A stretch of DNA of 38,507 nt from a virus (IMGVR_UViG_3300008255_000242:1-38507), one strand, 5' to 3'; positions 18,748 through 28,642 are shown, counted from the stretch's first letter. Notes: generated from the sequence alone by a model not told the origin. A program made the numbers and translations.

Positions 18748-20816
18748 TAGTAAGATACCTCCACAGTCATTGACCGAAGCAGGAACGGCGCGCCTTCGCC
18801 GACCTCCTGGCTGATTTCAGGTACGTCATTCGGACTGAAGCCGATGAGGTAAAAAGGCTCCTGCCCGCCATTCATCCACGGGGCCGGAGCTTCGATGTCG
18901 TCTGTCGCGGTGTACCCGGTGCGCAATTCGCCGTTGACCCGGAATGCGCCGGTTACCAGTACGTCAACCCATAGGCGCGTGTACCGGCGGCGCTCATGCC
19001 CAATGTACTTGCTGACTGGTGGTGTTGGGCTCACGCCGACCCGGAAGTCATGACCAATCGCGAGACCTGCCGCCGGCGCAATCGTATCGATCTCACCCGA
19101 TCCATTCACGACAAAGGGGCCCTGCCAGACCTGATTGCCTCTTAGTACATAGACGGATCGACCGACCATCAGCGGGCAAGCCGCCGAATAGTCGCACTGC
19201 ATGTCCAGGACGGCATCAAGATCGATGTCGCAGAGGAATCCATCCTGGACTGCGTAAAGCCCGGTCTTCCATGCCGCGAATGCCTGCCACGCTGTGCCCG
19301 GCGCTGACGTCCAGCGCGTCATCCCGGCCTGGTCGGCGCCGCGACGATAGTTCATGACGGCGACGCTGGCGTCCTCATTGCGAACGAGAATGTAGCGCTC
19401 GCTTCTGGACCCGAGCCCATCGACATAAGTCAACTCGACCGGCTTTGTGATCATGTGCTTGGCCAGGAGAGACAGTTCCGACACGGCCCATGATGCGCGG
19501 ACGCTCCCGGTCGCAGCAATAACCAGCAGGCGATCCGCATTATCGACGAACACCACACCCTCTGGCGCCAGGATCGGGCGAACCCGCGCCGCGCCATCGG
19601 GCGAAATGCGGAGAAACTGGACCCGTGTCGGCGACAGCGGAGATTGCTCGCTCTCCGGCACGTAGTAGCAACCGCGATCCGTGAGAACCACGAGCTGTTC
19701 AGCTGCGATGATGTGGCGGATTGCTGCATTGGGATCATCGCCAAGCGCCTCGATGAACGCATCCGCGTCATCGGCCGAGCCAAGATCGAAGTCTTTCGGA
19801 AATCCAATAGCCGAAGCCGCAATCGCATTCGCGGCCTGGGGGAACCCGCCCATGATGAGACGATTGCGGTGCAGGGCGCCTGTCCTCGGGTATCCGCGCA
19901 CTGCGCTCATCATCTGTTCGTCCCAGATGGTTGATCCCGCTGTTGCTGTCAGTGACACTGCAGACGCCGTAGCCCGTCCCTCAGGAGAGACGATAACCTC
20001 CGCTGCGTCGAAGTACGTGTAGCCGGCAATCAGCGTCACATCGATCGTGCCAACGCCAACGGCAGCCACCTGCCCCTGGATCTCGGTCGTATCGCCCTTG
20101 ACGATGTGCCCAACCTTGAACGGGGCAACGCTTCCGACCGTGATCTGGACCGTTGGGTAAAGCGTCGTGATGACCGTGCCAGTTGCGGTAGTTCCGTTTG
20201 TAACCGCGGTGATCTCGATCTCATTGTTGAGATAGCGGAACCGGACGCCGACATGGCCGGCGACGAACACATCTTCCGACATTGTGAGCGTTATCGACCC
20301 GGATGTCGCTGATGGTGTGAGCGTGACTCCCTTGGCTGCAAAGCGCCAGTAGGGTTGCCGGATGGCTGCGCCAATCCCGGAAGAAAAGGCCAGCGCCGCC
20401 ATTGAGAACGTCGTGCCGTTGTACGACAGGATCTGCGTCTGGAACTCGCCGAAAATGTAGAACTCATTGTCGCCGTTGACGACCGTCATCGTGTCGATGT
20501 CGCCCTCGACCCAGGGCCCGACAATTGTCTGCTGCAGTGTCGCGCCGTTGAATATCTCGAGCTTTCCGGCCGAGAACACAACCTCGCGAAATGCATCGTC
20601 TTCCAGGTCGAATATCTCGAGAAGGCGCTTCGTCCCGCTGACGGCCGCCCGTGGGCTACTCCCGGGGCGACGACGGGCACCGCCTGCGTTCAGGACGATG
20701 GTATTGCTGAGGTCCTTGGCGCTCCTGTTGAGCAATTCTTCATCGGTGCGCTGAAGAAATTCCGGGCCTACCTCACCTGCTGTCAGGTCATTGGAGAATG
20801 ATCTACGACGTGCCAC
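18747..20816 (-). CDS. tail tubular protein B / nozzle (gp12-like)
   Basis: N-terminal TAGEVGP...GGARRRPG, GYPR..ALHRNRL; GTG 20816 after GGAG. Confidence 0.8.
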   Translation of the reverse strand: MARRRSFSNDLTAGEVGPEFLQRTDEELLNRSAKDLSNTIVLNAGGARRRPGSSPRAAVSGTKRLLEIFDLEDDAFREVVFSAGKLEIFNGATLQQTIVGPWVEGDIDTMTVVNGDNEFYIFGEFQTQILSYNGTTFSMAALAFSSGIGAAIRQPYWRFAAKGVTLTPSATSGSITLTMSEDVFVAGHVGVRFRYLNNEIEITAVTNGTTATGTVITTLYPTVQITVGSVAPFKVGHIVKGDTTEIQGQVAAVGVGTIDVTLIAGYTYFDAAEVIVSPEGRATASAVSLTATAGSTIWDEQMMSAVRGYPRTGALHRNRLIMGGFPQAANAIAASAIGFPKDFDLGSADDADAFIEALGDDPNAAIRHIIAAEQLVVLTDRGCYYVPESEQSPLSPTRVQFLRISPDGAARVRPILAPEGVVFVDNADRLLVIAATGSVRASWAVSELSLLAKHMITKPVELTYVDGLGSRSERYILVRNEDASVAVMNYRRGADQAGMTRWTSAPGTAWQAFAAWKTGLYAVQDGFLCDIDLDAVLDMQCDYSAACPLMVGRSVYVLRGNQVWQGPFVVNGSGEIDTIAPAAGLAIGHDFRVGVSPTPPVSKYIGHERRRYTRLWVDVLVTGAFRVNGELRTGYTATDDIEAPAPWMNGGQEPFYLIGFSPNDVPEISQEVGEGAPFLLRSMTVEVSY

Positions 20817-21399
20817 GCGGTTTTCTCCCCCGCCAGGCGTTGATGAGCGGCGAATTCTGGCTGATGTCGCGGCCACGGATCTGTCGTCTGTCGCGGACGA
20901 TGGCGTGTCGGAGCTTGATTTCGGCTTCCTTGTCTGCCCTGGCTGCCTCGGCGAACTCGTTCAGCAGCGACCGCGCGAGCACGGCATACCCCTTGAGAAC
21001 GACAGCTTCCGCAAAATCGGCCGGCCACCGCGCCTCCGGCACGCGCCAGTTGCCGTGCACCTCAAGGCTGGAATTGAAGGGCACGCTGATATGCCCGTCA
21101 TCCATGTGCTCGATCTGGATGTCGGTGGATCCGACGCGCACCCACCGGACATTCAGGAAGTCGGAAGGAACCGCGTAGAGATAATTCAGGTCAACACCCT
21201 GCCCCGACGACTGAACGACTGCGGCCTTGGTGGCCCATGTCCAGGCATGGCGCGTCAGGGCCGACTGAACGACCGGCTCATAATGCTGGCGAAGGATGAG
21301 GTTTTCCTTGGATTGATCAAGGAGCGTGACGATCGGCTTGGCGCCAATCATCAGCATCATGGAATTCATCACATCGATGGGGGCGGCGTACAGTGTCAT
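20803..21399 (-). CDS. tail tubular protein A / adaptor (gp11-like)
   Basis: N..L..IGA..I...H.WTWA...Y.VPSDFL pattern; position after the capsid genes. Confidence 0.75.
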   Translation of the reverse strand: MTLYAAPIDVMNSMMLMIGAKPIVTLLDQSKENLILRQHYEPVVQSALTRHAWTWATKAAVVQSSGQGVDLNYLYAVPSDFLNVRWVRVGSTDIQIEHMDDGHISVPFNSSLEVHGNWRVPEARWPADFAEAVVLKGYAVLARSLLNEFAEAARADKEAEIKLRHAIVRDRRQIRGRDISQNSPLINAWRGRKPRGTS

Positions 21400-21443
21400 G
21401 GCCACAAGATGCCGCTCTCTGAGGCGTCATATGTACGCACCGG

Positions 21444-21482
21444 AAAAGCAAGACCCCCGCCGGGTGTGGCCAGCGGGGGTCT
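21444..21482 (-). terminator. Rho-independent terminator
   Basis: AGACCCCCGCTGG...CCGGCGGGGGTCT hairpin followed by TGCTTTT on the minus strand. Confidence 0.65.
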
Positions 21483-21512
21483 CTAAGTCCTTGGGACGAC
21501 CGGGAGGAAGCG

Positions 21513-21998
21513 TTAGTCCAAGGGCTGTTTCATGAAGTCGAGAAACACGTCCATTGCGACGGACTTCTTGACCAGCGTCTCGAGAACGGCCTTCTTGATA
21601 TAGCCCTTTGGCGTCAGCGAATCCGCCGGCAGCGCGGCCATGTCGATGCCCTTCGTCGCCTCAATGCATTCAGCCAGGGTCGCTTCGGATGGCTTGCCTG
21701 TGCCATGGCCGGTGAGCTTTGGCACCTTGCCCGAATTCGCCAGGCTGACGGGCTCAGGCTGCTTGGTCGGAACCTTCTCGACACGCGAGACGATCTCAGG
21801 CTTCGCTGCGGCCACCGGCGCCGTGAGGTCGCGGACCTGCGGCCTTTCTAGTTCGTCTTTCAGGACCATCGCCGTGCATGTCTCTGCCATTTCAGGCGGG
21901 ACGCGCAGCACCGTACCAATATCAAGATATTCCTCACCGACGAACATCGGCGATACCAACTTCACTTCAACTGATTCTGTGTGGGACTGATTTCCCAT
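21513..21998 (-). CDS. hypothetical protein
   Basis: ATG 21998 after a GGAG RBS. Confidence 0.6.
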   Translation of the reverse strand: MGNQSHTESVEVKLVSPMFVGEEYLDIGTVLRVPPEMAETCTAMVLKDELERPQVRDLTAPVAAAKPEIVSRVEKVPTKQPEPVSLANSGKVPKLTGHGTGKPSEATLAECIEATKGIDMAALPADSLTPKGYIKKAVLETLVKKSVAMDVFLDFMKQPLD

Positions 21999-22060
21999 GT
22001 GCTTTCTCCCTATCTGGAGACCAGACGGTAAAACCGATGCAGCTGGCGATGTACGCACCC

Positions 22061-22095
22061 AAGAAAAAAGGGCCCGGCGCAATGGCCGGACCCTT
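22061..22095 (-). terminator. Rho-independent terminator after the capsid/cement genes
   Basis: AGGGTCCGGC...GCCGGGCCCT hairpin plus TTTTTCTT. Confidence 0.75.
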
Positions 22096-22121
22096 CAATG
22101 TCTTCCGTAGTATGGCCCAGC

Positions 22122-22544
22122 CTAGTGACTGTAGCCTTTCGGGAAATTCCTGCGCGTATCGACACCGGAGACAATTCCGGCGGTAAATGTTCCGGCGGTT
22201 GGAAGAACCTGGAAGTTCACCAGCAGCCGGTTGTATTGAAGCATCCGGCGGCTCAGACGAAGGAACAGAGGCTCCAGGGCACCGGAGCGATACTTGGCGC
22301 CCAGGGACATGATCGAGCCCACGACGTCAACCGTCGCGAAGCCGGAATCCGCCGAGGTCTGGAAAATCATTTCGACACGGGTTGCCGACGTGATTTCCGA
22401 GTGGGCCTGGAACATCACATCAAGATGTTCCGCCCCCTGCACACCGAAGTCATACGCCGGAAGCGGGATATTCGTCGACGTATGCAAAGCTCCAGTGGTC
22501 GCATCTTTCGCTTCGAACGGGAGGAGTAGCGCGTCACCAATCAT
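22122..22544 (-). CDS. capsid cement/decoration protein (Bbp16-like)
   Basis: MI.DALL...STN...QTSAD..F...Y.RL...TAG..TAGIV, directly after the MCP. Confidence 0.75.
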   Translation of the reverse strand: MIGDALLLPFEAKDATTGALHTSTNIPLPAYDFGVQGAEHLDVMFQAHSEITSATRVEMIFQTSADSGFATVDVVGSIMSLGAKYRSGALEPLFLRLSRRMLQYNRLLVNFQVLPTAGTFTAGIVSGVDTRRNFPKGYSH

Positions 22545-22571
22545 GTTCAGATCCTTTTTGTTCCGACGGCC

Positions 22572-23561
22572 TTAGGCGACGGCTGCCTCGTTGTTGACCA
22601 GAGCGTCGCTGAGGCGGAACGGAATGCCGTCGACATCCATCACACGCTTGCCTGTGACTTCGCTCGTGGAGATTTGCACGTTCTTCTTGTTCTGCGCCTG
22701 GAGACGCATGAACTCGCGAACCTTGCGGTTGCCGTAGAAGGCAAGGCGCCCGTTGGTCGGAATGCGCTCCTGAGCGCGGCTGACCAGTTCGTACAGGTCG
22801 GCGCCGCCAGTCGTCGGATCGGCCTTCAGGGCGGTCACGTCGATGTTCGGGATACGAACGATCGAGCGGTAATCGCGGACAACCAGGCCGATGTCCCACG
22901 CATACTTGTCGTCATAGACTTCGATGTTACGCTCGGTGCCGCTGTCGTCATAGGTCTTGACGCGCTTGCCGAGATCCTTGTGGCTGAGGCCGGCGCTCGA
23001 CCCGGCAGGATAGATGCCGTGGACGGTATCTTCGCCCCAATTGACCAACCAGATCGACGTGTTGTTCGAGCCCGAACCACCACCGGTGATGACATAGTCC
23101 TTCAGTTCGCTGTCGGTCAGCGAATTGTAGCGGGGGGCAAGGCCCATGAACTCGTCCAGCGGATTGATGTTCGAGTTGCCGTAGAAGGCCATCCGGCCGA
23201 CTTCCTGGTTGAAGCCCTGGATGTGAGCGGTGTGCTCGCCCATGCGGTAGCCTTCGCCGTTCTTGTCGACGAGGTCCGCATCGGCCTGGGCCCAATCCTC
23301 AAGCATGATTGGCGACTCTTCGATCGAGCCGACATCAGACTTGGTGGACGGCGTACCGCGGTTGTACAGGCGGGCAACCGGCTTTGGCAGCTTGGTGCGA
23401 AGCGTGGTGACGTGCTTCGTTTTCTGGTTACACTCGATGAACGGCATGTCTTCAAGGATGCCGTCCTCGCGCTTCAGGATCTCAATGATCCGAGCGGGCT
23501 TGCCGTTCTGATCCATACGGGCTGCAAGATCGGCGAGGGTGGGGTTCTGTATCGCGTCCAT
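22572..23561 (-). CDS. major capsid protein (BPP-1 Bbp17-like)
   Basis: PTLAD.A.R, ILED..F.E.N, R..LP....R.YN.G, F.GLAPRY, TSIWLV.WG, GL.VRD.R..VRI.NID. Confidence 0.9.
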   Translation of the reverse strand: MDAIQNPTLADLAARMDQNGKPARIIEILKREDGILEDMPFIECNQKTKHVTTLRTKLPKPVARLYNRGTPSTKSDVGSIEESPIMLEDWAQADADLVDKNGEGYRMGEHTAHIQGFNQEVGRMAFYGNSNINPLDEFMGLAPRYNSLTDSELKDYVITGGGSGSNNTSIWLVNWGEDTVHGIYPAGSSAGLSHKDLGKRVKTYDDSGTERNIEVYDDKYAWDIGLVVRDYRSIVRIPNIDVTALKADPTTGGADLYELVSRAQERIPTNGRLAFYGNRKVREFMRLQAQNKKNVQISTSEVTGKRVMDVDGIPFRLSDALVNNEAAVA

Positions 23562-24334
23562 CAGGCTTTAGCTCCGTTTTGAGACGTGGGGTGATCGAAG
23601 AAAACTTTTGCTGCTGGCAACTTGCCGCCGCCCTGCTCGCCGGCAGTCGGCGACGCCGATCCTTCGCCGCCAATGCGATCGAGGATGACTTCGGTCAGCT
23701 TCACCATGTCGGCGCTGTCCATCGCGTCGATGAACTTCATCGACAGGGCTTTGTGCTCGGCGCCGAGCGCCTGATACAGACCATTGGCCGCCTTGGTGGC
23801 GCGCTCCTGGGCCTTGGTGATATCGGGGTCCAGCTTGGCCCATTCGGCCTGCTGGCGCTCGGCGACACCCTCGGTGTTCTGGGAATGCGCGTCCTTGATG
23901 ATGTTGCCGTAGATGCCCATCAGTCCGGACACGGCTTTCTGGCCGATGCCGTTTTCACGGGCCCATGCAGTCAGGTCGGCGACGCGCGGGTCGGCTGGGT
24001 CGATCTTCGCGATCTCGCCGTCTTCACCCTTGATGTCGAAGTCTTCACCGAAGGCCAGCTCATAGGTGGCGTCTTCAGCAGGAATATCGGCGTGGACCCT
24101 TCCAAGCGCGGCGGTGATGGCCTCGAAGTCCGGCTTGCCGTCCTTGACGAAACCTTCGCCGAGCTTGCTGACGTCCCAGCCCTCAGGGGCCACGCCGTCA
24201 TCCGCAGGCGGGGTATCGGCAGCCGCCGCAACAGCAGCGGCATCTACCAGCGGAGCTGGGTCTGCGGCAGATGATGCAGCAGATGCAACGGCTGAAACGG
24301 CCGGCGTGGCCTCGGGGGGCACGGTACCGGTCAT
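23561..24334 (-). CDS. scaffold / capsid assembly protein
   Basis: Acidic, A/P-rich N-terminus; immediately upstream of the MCP. Confidence 0.65.
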   Translation of the reverse strand: MTGTVPPEATPAVSAVASAASSAADPAPLVDAAAVAAAADTPPADDGVAPEGWDVSKLGEGFVKDGKPDFEAITAALGRVHADIPAEDATYELAFGEDFDIKGEDGEIAKIDPADPRVADLTAWARENGIGQKAVSGLMGIYGNIIKDAHSQNTEGVAERQQAEWAKLDPDITKAQERATKAANGLYQALGAEHKALSMKFIDAMDSADMVKLTEVILDRIGGEGSASPTAGEQGGGKLPAAKVFFDHPTSQNGAKA

Positions 24335-25116
24335 TCGGCGGCGCCAAACGTCAGTTTGCGGCCACCATTCGCGTCAGGAATGATGCTCACGTTGGGCACG
24401 AACGTCACGGCTTCGGCGCAGGCATAGCTTCCGTCAGGGTTGCGCTGCTGTGTCGTGACCTGGATCAGGCAGCCAAGTCGGGCGATCTGCATCGCCTTCG
24501 TCGACTTCATCCAGCCTTCGTGCTGCGAGGAAGCCTTCGACAGCAGCTGCCAGAGGTCACCGTTCCCGAAGAACTTGATATCGGTGACGTTGACGGATGC
24601 GCCGCTGGCGTCCGAGTTGCCAAGAGTCTTTGGCGCCAGAGGAACCGGTGTCGGCTCAACTGCCGGCTTCGGTGCGGTCGTCGGCGCTGGGTTCGCGAGG
24701 GATTCCTGAACAGACGGAGTGGCCGGAGCAGAGTCGAACGGCTTTCCGTCATCGACCGGCACACTTGCGACGATCTCGACACCTTCGGTTGCGGCGACTT
24801 CCTCAACCAGGTCAACCGGCTCGTTGACAGGAGGCGGATTGTTCGCGATCGAATCGAATGGAAGGCCGTCATCGACCGGCGCCGAAATGACAGCTTCCGC
24901 GACCGGCTCCGGTCCAGTGTCCGGTGCCACATCGGCGACTTGCTCGATTTCGGGTGTGATTACGACATCAACCGTCTCAGCGACGGGAGCTTCAGGTTCA
25001 GCCTGTGTCTCCGGGGCCGGATCGGCCTGGACTGGATCGGTGACGCTTACGGCCACCGGCCCCTGGTCCGTCATCGCCAGTAGCGCTTGCGGTGTCAGTT
25101 CCGTTTCGTTCGGCAT
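24331..25116 (-). CDS. protein with Pro/Ala/Glu-rich N-terminus and globular C-terminal domain
   Basis: Repeats PVDDGLPFDS / PVDDGKPFDS; C-terminal KASSQHEGWMKSTKAM...VTTQQ. Confidence 0.65.
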   Translation of the reverse strand: MPNETELTPQALLAMTDQGPVAVSVTDPVQADPAPETQAEPEAPVAETVDVVITPEIEQVADVAPDTGPEPVAEAVISAPVDDGLPFDSIANNPPPVNEPVDLVEEVAATEGVEIVASVPVDDGKPFDSAPATPSVQESLANPAPTTAPKPAVEPTPVPLAPKTLGNSDASGASVNVTDIKFFGNGDLWQLLSKASSQHEGWMKSTKAMQIARLGCLIQVTTQQRNPDGSYACAEAVTFVPNVSIIPDANGGRKLTFGAAE

Positions 25117-25366
25117 TGGGATCCTCGGCCATGAAGTGCACTATTTCTCGTGCCATTCGACGACGTGCCGACGTTTCCCTGAACGCACCGTCCGGAAAAT
25201 TAACGGGATCTGCCTGCGCAATAATCGACAGAAGCCAGCTTTCGATGACCTGTCCGGCGCTCAATGTGGCGATTGAACGGAAGGCCGCATGGACCTTCGA
25301 AAGTTCCGGGCCCTCGGTGCGGCCGACGACCAGATCCTTGAATTTTCGTACCTGCGGCTTGTCCAC
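24998..25366 (-). CDS. hypothetical protein at the Bbp19-like position
   Basis: Between portal and scaffold; GQVIESWL...RRR helix pattern. Confidence 0.5.
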   Translation of the reverse strand: MDKPQVRKFKDLVVGRTEGPELSKVHAAFRSIATLSAGQVIESWLLSIIAQADPVNFPDGAFRETSARRRMAREIVHFMAEDPNAERNGTDTASATGDDGPGAGGRKRHRSSPGRSGPGDTG

Positions 25367-25369
25367 AAT

Positions 25370-26893
25370 TTACCCTTTCGTGAGATTACGCATGTTGGCG
25401 AGCAAGCCCTGGAGACCCTCGCCCTGCTGTTCAAACGGCTTCAGTTCCAGCATGTCGTCGCCCAGCTTGTCCTTCCACTTCTGGATTGTCCCGACGGCGT
25501 CGACATTGGCCATGAACTGCTCGCCAAATATGCCTGCCGACGACTGCGCAAGGTTCATTGAGCGCGAGACATCCTCAGCATCCGAAGACTTTGTTACCGG
25601 GTTTTCAAAGCTGACCTCGAACAGTTCGCCATCGATTTCGAGCGGCGGCAGGTCACCACGTGTGGTCAGGATCCAGTTGAACCGCTCAAGGATGGGCAGC
25701 ACCCATTCCTTGTAGATCCTCAGGCGCGCCAGCTGCAGACGGCGGTCGGTCTGCGCCCGCTCATCGATCCATTGGGTTGCCGTCGGGGGAGTCTGGCCGC
25801 GTTGCTCGGGCCGGTCCTGGAACAGCGCTTTCTTGACACTCATCCGCAAAAGTTCTCTCTCGAACATCGCGGAATTGATGTCCTGGTCAGGAATTAGCCA
25901 CTCGATTTCACCCGATTGCGCATCACGCGGCAGGGCCATGCCGGCATCAACGCCGCCTTCAGGGTTGAACAATCCGTCTTCGACATACGAAAACGGCGCG
26001 TCGATACGCTTGCCGAGGTTCTTCAGGAACAGATACCCGAGTTCCTGCAGAGTGTTGGCCGATGGCATGGCCGGAATTGCCGCGCCCGGCCCCCATGTCG
26101 ACATCGGGGCGTCAGACCAGCGCAGGATGTGCACGGCCAGCGCCCCCATGCCCTTCATTTTCTTCATGTGAACGACGCGGCCCTGAACGACGACAAAGAA
26201 AACCCAGTCATTGGCTTCGCCGTACAGGCGGTAATTGCCCTGCACGACGACCACATCCGTGTTCTCGCCGCCGGTCATCAGGCGCAGCGCCTCGGTCATG
26301 TCGATCTTTGGAAACAGTGTTTTCAGGTGTTTCCGCTTGGTGATGAATTCCATTGCCCGCATGTCGAGGTCGCCGTGCGGGCCCATGTCATCGAGGAGTC
26401 CGGACATAACGACCGGCGTGCAGTGGACCTTGTCGCCTGCCTTGGCATACGGAATGATGATGCCACCCTTGGAGCCGGCAACGTCGAGCCACGGCTGGCT
26501 GGATTGTTCGTAGAAGTCAGAACGCTTGATCTCGGCGTAGATCATGTCCTGGCGCTCTTTGATCAGGCCCTTGGCCTTGGTGGCGAGCGCGCCGGACAAT
26601 TTCTTCACCGGCTTCAGGTCGGCCCACGGCTTATAGTGCGGGGTGAACCGGTCCATCATCTCGGCGCCAAAATCGAGAACGCTCATCTGCAGCGTGTCGT
26701 CGAAGATATCTTCCTGTTCTTCGAGCCGGGTCTGCGTGCTCCGAGTTACCGTGTGTGAGATCGGCGCCCGAAATGGCAGCGCCAGTTCATAGAACCGGTT
26801 GAGTGCTGTTGAAACAATACTGCGGTCAGAACGCGCAGCATTGAGCCTGGCAATCAGTTTGCCTTCTGGCGTGGTCGGCTCGTGAATGTCCAT
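25370..26893 (-). CDS. portal / head-to-tail connector
   Basis: 507 aa with LRW.....WG.G, TPPTAT...ER and LP..ER motifs typical of podoviral connectors. Confidence 0.88.
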   Translation of the reverse strand: MDIHEPTTPEGKLIARLNAARSDRSIVSTALNRFYELALPFRAPISHTVTRSTQTRLEEQEDIFDDTLQMSVLDFGAEMMDRFTPHYKPWADLKPVKKLSGALATKAKGLIKERQDMIYAEIKRSDFYEQSSQPWLDVAGSKGGIIIPYAKAGDKVHCTPVVMSGLLDDMGPHGDLDMRAMEFITKRKHLKTLFPKIDMTEALRLMTGGENTDVVVVQGNYRLYGEANDWVFFVVVQGRVVHMKKMKGMGALAVHILRWSDAPMSTWGPGAAIPAMPSANTLQELGYLFLKNLGKRIDAPFSYVEDGLFNPEGGVDAGMALPRDAQSGEIEWLIPDQDINSAMFERELLRMSVKKALFQDRPEQRGQTPPTATQWIDERAQTDRRLQLARLRIYKEWVLPILERFNWILTTRGDLPPLEIDGELFEVSFENPVTKSSDAEDVSRSMNLAQSSAGIFGEQFMANVDAVGTIQKWKDKLGDDMLELKPFEQQGEGLQGLLANMRNLTKG

Positions 26894-26896
26894 GGC

Positions 26897-27250
26897 TTAG
26901 AACTTCTGTACGAGGGAAGACGAATAGCCGGACGATGACCTGCGATAGACCTTCGGCGCTGATCCGACGCCGGCCGCGCCACTCACGCCCGTGAGTGGAT
27001 TGAAGCCGGTGAAGCCGGCGCCGTTATTGCCTCCGGCTCCTGCAGCAAATGGATTGTAGGATGCTGCGCCAGATGCCCCGGATGCTGCAGCACGGGCTCC
27101 AAATCGGCGGATTACGCGCTGGGTCGCGTCGCTGGTGAATTCCTGCGCTTCGCCGAATCTGGTGGCATCAGCACGGGCTTCCGCCTGCTCCCTCAGTTTC
27201 TTCGTTGCCGGGTCTTCCTTGATCGCCGGCGCCTTGGTCTTGATGCTCAT
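26897..27250 (-). CDS. hypothetical virion protein
   Basis: Small Gly/Ala-rich ORF just upstream of the portal. Confidence 0.6.
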   Translation of the reverse strand: MSIKTKAPAIKEDPATKKLREQAEARADATRFGEAQEFTSDATQRVIRRFGARAAASGASGAASYNPFAAGAGGNNGAGFTGFNPLTGVSGAAGVGSAPKVYRRSSSGYSSSLVQKF

Positions 27251-27680
27251 CGGTTTCCTCGAATGCGGGAACGGCTCCTGAGCGTATAAGATCGCGGTAT
27301 AAGGCTATCGGCCGGAACGCACGGCTCCGAACCCCGACGAGGCGGGCGATGGTCTGTGTGCACCAGTTGCCGATCCTGGCATTGTATGGATCCCCGAATT
27401 GCTGGTCGATGCGGAGGATCCTGACCTTGTGCATGTAGATCTCGGTCAGCACCGGCCGCACCATGTGGTCAGGCACCACCGAGATTTCATGGCGGTGCAG
27501 TTTCGGGTCGACGAACAGCCAGCAATCGAGCGGCTTCAGGTAGGCGAAGGCCATGACGTGGCGCGCCCATCTCGGTGACAGGCGATCAAACCAGTCCTCC
27601 TCCTCGCGCTCGAGGAAGGCGACGTACCAGATCGAGGGCTGGAATGAGCCGGAAAGACGGATTTGATCGCTGTCGGCCAT
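27168..27680 (-). CDS. hypothetical protein (possible His/Cys peptidase fold)
   Basis: WYVAF...RHVMAF...WLFVDP...WCT; coupled to the DHH gene. Confidence 0.5.
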   Translation of the reverse strand: MADSDQIRLSGSFQPSIWYVAFLEREEEDWFDRLSPRWARHVMAFAYLKPLDCWLFVDPKLHRHEISVVPDHMVRPVLTEIYMHKVRILRIDQQFGDPYNARIGNWCTQTIARLVGVRSRAFRPIALYRDLIRSGAVPAFEETDEHQDQGAGDQGRPGNEETEGAGGSPC

Positions 27681-28642
27681 CAGTCGCCGTCCCAGCCAAG
27701 GCGCATGGTGAAGCCGGCCGCGTTCTTGTGACCCCCGCCGCCATACGCTTTGGCGATTTCGGAAACGTCTGCGCCGCCTTGCTTGTCATCGCTGCGCAGC
27801 GAGAAGACGCGGCCTTCAGGGGTGTCCCAATAGCAGGCAGCAAAGGGTGGAGTGACGATTTCGCCTTGCAAATTCGGCGAGGCATATGGTTGGCACATCA
27901 GGTGCCCTGCATCGCTGGTCAGCGTGTAAGGCAGATTTGCCACCGGAACCCACTGCCCGCCGATAATCATCTCTTGGCGCAGCTTGGCGACCAGCTCGGC
28001 CACGTCCTTGTGGTGTTTCAGTTCGATTGCGCGGCCGCCAGCAGCCGCGTCGGTACGATCTGTCTCGAGGATGGCATTAATTTTTTGCCAGTTATCGAAC
28101 GTGTAGGGGTGCGCAAAGATGAACGCGTTCACCTCGCGCGACTGGTCGAGGGTGAAACGCCAGAGATCCCTGTCTTCGACATACCGAACGATGTTTGGCC
28201 GCGCATCGTTCGGATGCAGGAAGTCCCAGGTAATGCCAGCGCCGGACCGCTCCATATCAAACACCGTGTAAATGCGGCACCCGGCGTTTTCCATCTCGTC
28301 CTGCATGAGGTTCTCCTCATAGCGGGGCCAGTCTAACCGGTCAGTCCACTTGCTCATGGCCGTGAAAATCCCGCCTTGCACTAGATCGGATTCAGCCGTC
28401 TTGTGGTGATCGAGCACGAGGATTGAATAGGCGCTCTTTGCCATCTCCTCCAACACGGCGCGCTTGTAGCTGAAGTCCACGATGACGACGTTCTTGCCCT
28501 TCACATCCGGCGGGCTTTCGCCGTACACGCCGGGGATGTACTGAACCTCATCACCGAACCTCTTCCAGACAGCCCAGGCTGCGGTGAAACCATCGGCGCA
28601 ATTGCCGTGGTAAATGCAAATATCGGGTTTCATCTTGGTCAT
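27680..28642 (-). CDS. DHH/DHHA1 family phosphoesterase (NrnB-like)
   Basis: YHGNCADG, VDFS, LDHHKT, EDRDLW, GGGHKNAAGF. Confidence 0.9.
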   Translation of the reverse strand: MTKMKPDICIYHGNCADGFTAAWAVWKRFGDEVQYIPGVYGESPPDVKGKNVVIVDFSYKRAVLEEMAKSAYSILVLDHHKTAESDLVQGGIFTAMSKWTDRLDWPRYEENLMQDEMENAGCRIYTVFDMERSGAGITWDFLHPNDARPNIVRYVEDRDLWRFTLDQSREVNAFIFAHPYTFDNWQKINAILETDRTDAAAGGRAIELKHHKDVAELVAKLRQEMIIGGQWVPVANLPYTLTSDAGHLMCQPYASPNLQGEIVTPPFAACYWDTPEGRVFSLRSDDKQGGADVSEIAKAYGGGGHKNAAGFTMRLGWDGD

